Shown one piece after another: positions 57,774-64,000 of a stretch of 64,000 nt of DNA; the stretch's first letter is position 1; every line of letters begins with the position of its first letter. The position numbers and the translations under genes are program-made. The notes beneath the pieces were generated by a model. It was not told the origin of the DNA. It searched no databases and was given only the letters and a program-made list of their open reading frames with translations. The DNA is from a virus (taxonomy: Duplodnaviria > Caudoviricetes): positions 1,045 through 65,044 of IMG/VR virus record IMGVR_UViG_3300003691_000004, one strand, 5' to 3'.

Positions 57774-57901
57774 TTCTTAGCGTTCGCTTTCTCCTTGAGC
57801 TGAACCAAAGCCTTCGCCATAAACGCACGCTTAGCGAGGTCTTTGTCGCCAGTCTTCCGAGCTTCAGCCAACATCGAATCGATCTTCTTTGAAACGTCCA
57901 T
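57770..57901 (-). CDS. small hypothetical protein (43 aa)
   Basis: MDVSKKIDSM..., coupled at both ends. Confidence 0.6.
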   Translation of the reverse strand: MDVSKKIDSMLAEARKTGDKDLAKRAFMAKALVQLKEKANAKK

Positions 57902-58158
57902 TACACAGTCCCGTCGTAGACACGCCACTTGCCGTTGATCGCATCTTCTCCAACGATGGAGTAGAGCTTTGCGAATCGGGCGAGATGTTCGCCAGTAATC
58001 CTAACATCCTTGAGCAAACCGTCGTCGTCCATGACTAAGATCTGCACCTGACCGACCCCGTGGATGTGGTAGATCATACCAGCCGCGTCGCCGTCGTGCT
58101 CTTGGCACCTGGGGTGCACGCCTCGGTAGCCTCTTATCTGCTGAATTGAGTTGTCCAT
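57901..58158 (-). CDS. hypothetical protein
   Basis: TAATG coupling. Confidence 0.6.
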   Translation of the reverse strand: MDNSIQQIRGYRGVHPRCQEHDGDAAGMIYHIHGVGQVQILVMDDDGLLKDVRITGEHLARFAKLYSIVGEDAINGKWRVYDGTV

Positions 58159-58913
58159 TATTTCCTCGCGTCTAAGTACTCAGCGCAGATCATCGCGATC
58201 GCCGTAGCGACCGTTGATCCACCAGCGTTATTAACCTGCATCCACTCCGTCGCAGCTGCCTGGACGGTTTCGTAGTGGTCTTCTTGAATGGCGACCTTGT
58301 AGAATTGTATTGGTGCGTCAGGAATCCTCGGCGGCTCAGCGGCGCGGCGTCGCTCAGTCTCACCACGCTCAATCTCGTCGTCGTCCACACCACCCATGGC
58401 GTCAAAGCTACTGGCGTCCGGTTCAACCTCTATCGCCACAGGATTCTCTCTCGCTGGGGTAGGTGAAGCCAAGTTGTCGCTCAGGTCAAAAGCCTCCTGA
58501 ATGAAACTTGCGCTCTCGTACTCATCAAAACCGGTGACGTCAAGGTTAAACGAGTCGTCGTTCAAGGCGCACATGAGATCGCTCAGGACGTCGTCGTCCC
58601 ATTCGGCTAGTTCACCACACCGATTGTCTGCGATGCCGCGAGCGGTGGCTGAGGTGTCGTCCTCGTCCACGATAACAGCAGCGATTTGATCCCAACCAAG
58701 CAGCTTCGCGGCTTCGCAGGTTCCGTTCCCAGCTCGGATAACCATTCCGTCACGCTGAACAACGATCGGTCGGTGCTGGCCGAACTCTTCGAGCGAGAGT
58801 TTTATCGCAGCGATGTTTTTGGTGCTGTGTTTGCGGGCGTTGGTCGGGTCGTAAGTTAATTCTGAGATGTTAATCAACAGAGGCTTAAGGCCCTCTACTA
58901 CGTTAGACGTCAT
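58158..58913 (-). CDS. ParB/Srx N-terminal domain protein
   Basis: DPTNARKH, SLEEFGQ..PIVV, AGNG, ADNR..ELAEWD. Confidence 0.9.
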   Translation of the reverse strand: MTSNVVEGLKPLLINISELTYDPTNARKHSTKNIAAIKLSLEEFGQHRPIVVQRDGMVIRAGNGTCEAAKLLGWDQIAAVIVDEDDTSATARGIADNRCGELAEWDDDVLSDLMCALNDDSFNLDVTGFDEYESASFIQEAFDLSDNLASPTPARENPVAIEVEPDASSFDAMGGVDDDEIERGETERRRAAEPPRIPDAPIQFYKVAIQEDHYETVQAAATEWMQVNNAGGSTVATAIAMICAEYLDARK

Positions 58914-59418
58914 TAGTCTTTGGACCTTCCGTTATCAATGAAACAGCCCGCTCGTCTCCACGGACAAATAGGGCGTTAGGGCAAAATAGCCCAGCGTCAA
59001 GCTCTCGGAGATACACGACCTCGCAGCCATCACCAGCGACGTAAATAGCATGGTCAACAAGCTCTAGATTTAACCTATTCGCCACGAAGGCCGCCACCAT
59101 GGTCATGTCTTTGTCCTCTTTGCTGAACTCCGCGACTCCGCTTGGGTGGTTGTGGAAGAGCGCGAACTTAGTCCACTCGTCAAACTCCAGCAGTCGCCTA
59201 AGATCAACGCTGACACACTTGGGTCCTTTCCTAACAGAGATGTCTATCACCTTCCCGCCACCCACCGCTAGACATTTCTCTATCTGTGCTTCGTTTGCCG
59301 CTTCAAGGGTTCTAAATACAGTGGGCAACAGGGGTCCGACACCGCTAAAGAAGTTACTTCCCTTCCCTCGGTTGCCAAACGCAGCAATAGCCGGATATCT
59401 TTCCTCGTTCTCGCACAT
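58903..59418 (-). CDS. JAB/RadC-like protein
   Basis: HNHPSG...S.ED...T...LVDH. Confidence 0.85.
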   Translation of the reverse strand: MCENEERYPAIAAFGNRGKGSNFFSGVGPLLPTVFRTLEAANEAQIEKCLAVGGGKVIDISVRKGPKCVSVDLRRLLEFDEWTKFALFHNHPSGVAEFSKEDKDMTMVAAFVANRLNLELVDHAIYVAGDGCEVVYLRELDAGLFCPNALFVRGDERAVSLITEGPKTNDV

Positions 59419-59642
59419 ACTGAAATCCCTCCTGATTGAGTTATCTGTTGAGACCTAAATCGCTGCAACTTCGACAGCGTACCGATCTTTGTCTTAAGCT
59501 CTATGCCTACGAAAAAACCCCCAGGTAGACAGCACAAAATGTCAGGTGTGCCGGACTCTACAGGGGGGCAGGTTTTAACCGCGTAACAGCCGTTAGAACG
59601 CAAGTGGTTGAGCGTCCAACTCGCGAATCCGCTTTCCTTCAT
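59280..59642 (-). CDS. VRR-NUC nuclease
   Basis: E, GTPDI, F.GIELK, G.LS.LQ. Confidence 0.85.
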   Translation of the reverse strand: MKESGFASWTLNHLRSNGCYAVKTCPPVESGTPDILCCLPGGFFVGIELKTKIGTLSKLQRFRSQQITQSGGISVCARTRKDIRLLLRLATEGREVTSLAVSDPCCPLYLEPLKRQTKHR

Positions 59643-60009
59643 TCGTCGACAACCTATACAGCGCAGGGTCGCAGCGTCGTTGCACTTCTATTTCGCCGCG
59701 TAGTTCTGTCTCTAGGTTAGAGACCTTTATTTCTTCGCGGCCATGCGGGCGAGTTTGAGCGGTTACTTTCTTACCCTCTGATCGTAGACCTTGCGCCAAG
59801 ACACGAGCAGTCTCAATAGCTTGCACTCTATCGGGGGCTCTGTAAACAGAATAGTCTCCGTCGATATCGATCTCACTTGTCCCGTCTTCAGCTTCGCAGG
59901 CAGGCCAGATCTCAATGCGCCAATCGTAAGACGTGTTCTCTTCTGAAGATTCGTTGCGGTCGACGTTCGGGAATACTTGGATGAAGATATCGTTTAACAT
60001 TGTGTCCAA
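59593..60009 (-). CDS. hypothetical protein
   Basis: First gene of minus-strand operon; start 60009 or 60000. Confidence 0.55.
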   Translation of the reverse strand: MDTMLNDIFIQVFPNVDRNESSEENTSYDWRIEIWPACEAEDGTSEIDIDGDYSVYRAPDRVQAIETARVLAQGLRSEGKKVTAQTRPHGREEIKVSNLETELRGEIEVQRRCDPALYRLSTNEGKRIRELDAQPLAF

Positions 60010-60194
60010 CTTTCATTTGCTAAAATTAATGGTCATTTTGAAAAGGGCATCGCAGATCATATCCCCTCACAGGGTGACTTTTGATCTCAAAACCAAAAAA
60101 TGGTTTTCAAAAATGCTCTAGAGCCAGGGATGATGTAAAAAAAAAGGGGGTATGGCGCACCTCCGGGCGCTTCGCGCGGCTGTCCAGGATTTGG

Positions 60195-60405
60195 ACATAC
60201 GTAGTTTTACGTACGTAGTTTTACGTACGTAGAAATACCTACGTAGTTCTACGTAGTACGAAAAGTGTACGCCTCAAAATGAGGCGGCCAGATTTTGACC
60301 GCGTCAAAACGAGGCGGGCGTTTTTTGACCGCGTCAAAATAAGGCGGGCGTTTTTTGACCGTCCACTTTCTGGCCATGCAAAAATTGCATGGTTAAAAAA
60401 TAGCC
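60195..60405. repeat. right boundary element: TACGTAG cluster, 34-bp inverted repeat arm, 30-bp tandem repeat x3 with 15-bp palindrome-like boxes
   Basis: gcStcaaaaYRaggcggSc...tttgacc x3 (60271-60360), gtccactttctggcc 60361, ggttaaaaaatagcc 60391. Confidence 0.9.
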
Positions 60406-60603
60406 GATTCTCATAATTGGGATTTTTTTACGTCGGCAAATTGTCAATGAACAAGTTTTTTTTGAGATTGTCAAAATCAATTGACATCTCAACCGCCGCC
60501 GCCGCTTAATCGACTACTCAATTAAGTCACAACCGCGCGCCGCCGCTATACTTGCGACATCTGGAGAGTACCATAATCGGTATACGCACGCAAGCGCTTA
60601 AGC

Positions 60604-60636
60604 AAAAAAAAACGCCCGCCCTTGCAAGGCGGGCGC
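60604..60636 (-). terminator. terminator ending the flank operon
   Basis: A run followed by cgcccgcc-cttgcaa-ggcgggcg. Confidence 0.75.
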
Positions 60637-60655
60637 GTCGCGGGCGGCAAGCCGC

Positions 60656-60856
60656 CTATTCGCCCGCCTTGCCGCCATCATCGGTATCAACAGCGGCGGC
60701 GGGCGTGACCGCCTTGCCGCGCCGCTTGCCGCCTTGCAGCACATCGGCGGCAAGCCGGATGACGATGTCGCATCCGTCGGCGCGAACCTCGACCGCGCCG
60801 TCGCGTTTCATAGTCCGCATCATCTCGGCGTTTAGTTCAATTTCTGCACGTCGCAT
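60656..60856 (-). CDS. hypothetical protein
   Basis: AGGA upstream; ends just before terminator. Confidence 0.55.
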   Translation of the reverse strand: MRRAEIELNAEMMRTMKRDGAVEVRADGCDIVIRLAADVLQGGKRRGKAVTPAAAVDTDDGGKAGE

Positions 60857-61216
60857 CTAATTCATCCTATCGCAAGAGAAGCCGCCCGCGTCGCGCCCCT
60901 GAATAGGGCAAAAACGCCGCATCGCGGCGTCGCTATGGTATCCATCGAATATCGGGCGGCAAGGCGGCGGCGCGGTTGAGGCGGCTTCTTTTTTGTTTGT
61001 TAAAACACAAACAAACAAACACGCCCGATGCTGTTGACGCGTGCAGTTCATTTTTTGGCGGCGTCGCGGCGGCGCGGCTTGTTTGTCAATATGTAAACAA
61101 ACATCGCGATGAAAGTATCGACCATCGACTCGGGCCTAGGCCGATCGGCCTAAGATGACAAAAAGCCGCGCCGCTCAATTAAGGGCGGCGCGGCTCTGAT
61201 TTTGTTTGTTTGTCGA

Positions 61217-62578
61217 TTAAGTTTTCGGCCGCCCTCGCAATGCCGCGAACAACGCCGACATCTCAATATCGCCGATGGCCTCGGCGTTGTCTATTTGCAA
61301 GCCGCCGCTGTTTTCGGCGATGGATCGCAAGCCGGGAGCATCGGCATCTGGTGATATGGCGAATATGAAAAGCCGGGTCCCTATCTTTTCAAACGCCGCC
61401 GATGCGCGCTCAACCGCGACATCATCTATCTCATGATCCCAACCATCGGCCGCATCGCCGTTATATCTCAATCGATCGTCACCATCGGTTATGAGGACGA
61501 TATCAGCATCGTCGGCGATGCCGTTAACGGCCGCCGATAGTGCTGGTTTGAATTTAGTTCCGCCGCGCGCGCGCGTTGACAATATATCGTCGATCGCGCC
61601 AACGCTAGCGATGCCGCCTTTGATGTCGACGATGTGATGTTCCATTACGGTGTTATTGTAGGGGATTAATTTAAAGTCGCGCCCGCCGTCGCGGCATATT
61701 CGCAACAATGCAAGCGCAAATGCCGATGCGAAGTCATCGCGCGTCGCGCCATCCATCGCGGGTTCTAACATCGACGATGACTTGTCAATTAAGACCACCA
61801 TCGGGCCTGCGCCTTGATGCTTGTTCTCTGCTATCTTAAATTGCATCAAGGATCGATCTAAGAATTTACGATCGAACATCGAATCGGGCATCGCGAATTG
61901 AGATGCCAGGACGCGCGACGGCGTCGCGCCTAGTTCAACGCCGACAATCTGCGACGCGGTAAGCGTTGCGCATCGTTTCTTACCCATCGCATCGACAATC
62001 TTAAAGCGTCCGATTAGATCGGCGATGGTTTTGAATTGCCCATCGCGCATCATGTTCGCAAGCTGCAACCGCGCCGCGATAGATGCGCCATCGGTCGTAT
62101 CGTCATCGCTATCGCCCGCGAAGCCGCCGCCCATCGTTTGTTCGATGAAGTCGTTTAACGTGTCTGATGCATCCGTCGCGGCGTCGGCGGCGCGCGCGGT
62201 CGATTGTCGCGCGGTCGACTCTTTCATCTCATCGTCGGCGGCGTCGACCGCCATCATCGCATCTGTTAGCGCATCCGTCGCCAACACGGATTCTACAGCA
62301 TCACCCATAGTAGATTCTCGCATTGCCTCAAAGGCGGGCGTTGCCATAACAGATGCAAGCGCATCGCTATGCTCAAGGGTCGCATCGATGTTTTCGTCGA
62401 TGTCGTTTTTGTACAGCGCAAAAAACGCATCGCGCGTCGCGTCGACGCCCGCCTTGTTTGTCGCTACTGTTAGCGCGGTTGACATCGTCTTGAATCCATC
62501 ATAAAGGTCGCGCGCGGTATCTGTGATGTTAAGCGCACTAGCGCCGCCGTATGAATCAGAGCCAAAGTGACCCATCAT
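61217..62578 (-). CDS. VWA-domain protein (ViaA/CoxE-like)
   Basis: MIDAS DKSSSM, GGT.F, LITDG; GVELG..P. Confidence 0.88.
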   Translation of the reverse strand: MMGHFGSDSYGGASALNITDTARDLYDGFKTMSTALTVATNKAGVDATRDAFFALYKNDIDENIDATLEHSDALASVMATPAFEAMRESTMGDAVESVLATDALTDAMMAVDAADDEMKESTARQSTARAADAATDASDTLNDFIEQTMGGGFAGDSDDDTTDGASIAARLQLANMMRDGQFKTIADLIGRFKIVDAMGKKRCATLTASQIVGVELGATPSRVLASQFAMPDSMFDRKFLDRSLMQFKIAENKHQGAGPMVVLIDKSSSMLEPAMDGATRDDFASAFALALLRICRDGGRDFKLIPYNNTVMEHHIVDIKGGIASVGAIDDILSTRARGGTKFKPALSAAVNGIADDADIVLITDGDDRLRYNGDAADGWDHEIDDVAVERASAAFEKIGTRLFIFAISPDADAPGLRSIAENSGGLQIDNAEAIGDIEMSALFAALRGRPKT

Positions 62579-62646
62579 TGTTTCCTATTCTTAATTGAGT
62601 AGTCGATTGAGCGGCGGCAAGGGAGCCGCCGCCCGCGATGTTTGCT

Positions 62647-63792
62647 TTAGCTTGCTATGCTGATGCCGCCCGTCAACGACGCGGCTAAGCGCCGCTTGAG
62701 CGGCTTAATCGAGGCGACCAAGTCGCCAACATCGCCCGCGATGCCGCCGCTGATATTAAACTCGGGACCCTTGACCATCATCTCGATGTCGCGCGCCCGC
62801 GCCAACAATTCGCCCGCCTTCCCAGAGTCGCCCCCATCGGCCGCCTTGAACAATCCAAAATCCTCAATCAAAGCATCACACATCGAGCGCAAGCGCTCAA
62901 TTTGAGGGATACAGAAGGCGTTGACGATGCGCTTGATCCCTCGCAATTGTTGCGGCGTCTCCCAGATAGCATCCGCGATAATGGCAAGGTCGATAGGTTC
63001 AACGATTGTTCCCCCTCTTAGCCAGCAGTGCGCTTTTGCAAGCGCGCATCCGCGCGACCCGACAAGTTTATTCAAGCGGCGGATGTCACAGTTAAAACCC
63101 TTATCAATCAAAGCCGCGCGCATCTCGAATAGTGTTTGTTTCGCATCATCTGACACGTCGAACGCCGATGCGGCGTCGCGGGCGTCGGCGAAATCGGCAA
63201 GCGACAGCGCGCCGGGTTTGATGCGTCGCGGCGCGTTAAACAGGATGCCCTTGATGGCGGCCTCGTCTCGAAGCGGCTTCACTTCATAACGCAAGCTGAA
63301 ACGCGAGAACATCGCCGCCAGATCATCTTCTTGAGCTAGTTCATTTGACGCGCCGATTAGGGTCTTTAGTGGAACATCGACCATCGACGCGCCGTTGGTG
63401 AATTCGCGTTGTGACATCATCCTCAAAAAACCGTTCAACGTCACAGACCCGCCTTTGAATACTTCATCGAGGAAAACGACATCCGCATCGATGGATGTGT
63501 TTTCGGTGAAGCGCTTGCAATTGCCTTTTTTGTACGCGTCGATGTCGATCGGCCCGAATACTTCATCCGGTGTAGTCGACCGCATCATTAGAAAGTCAAA
63601 CAATTTTGCGTCACCTATCATAGCCATCAATGTTTGCACAATTTCAGTTTTTGCGGTTCCTGGTTCACCGATAACGAATAGATGCGACTCGGCGATGATG
63701 CTGATTATCAACCCACGGATAAAAGCGTTTCGTTCCGGGTAAATGCTATTTAAAGCGGCTTCAATTTTTAGCAGTTTGGCGTTATTCGACAT
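62647..63792 (-). CDS. MoxR/RavA-family AAA+ ATPase
   Basis: GEPGTAKT, P.EVFGP, FLDEVFK, GASNE, RF. Confidence 0.92.
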   Translation of the reverse strand: MSNNAKLLKIEAALNSIYPERNAFIRGLIISIIAESHLFVIGEPGTAKTEIVQTLMAMIGDAKLFDFLMMRSTTPDEVFGPIDIDAYKKGNCKRFTENTSIDADVVFLDEVFKGGSVTLNGFLRMMSQREFTNGASMVDVPLKTLIGASNELAQEDDLAAMFSRFSLRYEVKPLRDEAAIKGILFNAPRRIKPGALSLADFADARDAASAFDVSDDAKQTLFEMRAALIDKGFNCDIRRLNKLVGSRGCALAKAHCWLRGGTIVEPIDLAIIADAIWETPQQLRGIKRIVNAFCIPQIERLRSMCDALIEDFGLFKAADGGDSGKAGELLARARDIEMMVKGPEFNISGGIAGDVGDLVASIKPLKRRLAASLTGGISIAS

Positions 63793-63880
63793 TTTGATTA
63801 CTCTTTTCTTTTTGCTTCAATTAGTTGACGCCGCGCGACGCCGCGCGGCTTGTTTGTTTCAATCTTAGCGCGGCCGAGAC

Positions 63881-64000
63881 CTATTCGAACAGGTCGCTAA
63901 AATCGATGTCATCATCGGCGATATCATCAACCGCTACTGGTTCAACCGCTACTGGTTCAACCGCTACTGGTTCAACCGCTACTGGTTCAACCGCTACTGG
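63881..64000 (-). CDS. partial gene ending (PVAVE)n-PVAVDDIADDDIDFSDLFE
   Basis: Minus-strand frame open from window edge to TAG at 63881. Confidence 0.6.
   Translation of the reverse strand, partial: PVAVEPVAVEPVAVEPVAVEPVAVDDIADDDIDFSDLFE
63928..64000. repeat. 15-bp tandem repeat, about 5 copies, truncated by window edge
   Basis: caaccgctactggtt repeated. Confidence 0.95.

Larger units (their letters stand above)
60498..62618. repeat. 29-bp inverted repeat pair (28/29)
   Basis: gccgccgcttaatcgactactcaattaag 60498-60526; reverse complement at 62590-62618. Confidence 0.85.

Noticed and set aside
60271-60360. CRISPR array
   Set aside because: 30-bp units are contiguous tandem repeats without unique spacers; no cas genes.
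2520-60405. Transposable or integrated prophage with terminal inverted repeats
   Set aside because: No transposase/integrase seen and flank genes look phage-like; kept only as a minor alternative pending the full contig.
63928-64000. CRISPR or telomere-like repeat
   Set aside because: 15-bp in-frame coding repeat (PVAVE) of a minus-strand gene.

Overview
Most of a tailed dsDNA phage genome of siphovirus type (tail tube, frameshifted chaperone and tape measure, no sheath), probably infecting a diderm host. The ~57.5 kb core (about 2.7-60.2 kb) carries TerL, portal, a 9 kb block of small accessory genes, scaffold and major capsid, a glycosyl/methyltransferase cluster, virion decoration/neck/tail genes, a lysis cassette with no recognisable endolysin, and a replication module (SNF2 helicase, SSB-like protein, Zn-finger/TOPRIM primase fused to an MCM-like N-terminal domain, separate MCM AAA+). 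A minus-strand VRR-NUC/JAB/ParB/TerS-like operon closes the core. Both flanks (1-2.5 kb and 60.4-64 kb) are minus-strand, compositionally very different (CGCG/ATCG/GGCG-rich, CAG/GAG/GGA/CAC-poor) and include a MoxR-type AAA+/VWA pair. The switch between the two compositions coincides with mirror-image arrays of 15-bp palindromes, a 34-bp inverted repeat and TACGTAG clusters. No integrase, DNA polymerase, tRNA or CRISPR array was seen. All product calls are from motif reading, not database searches.
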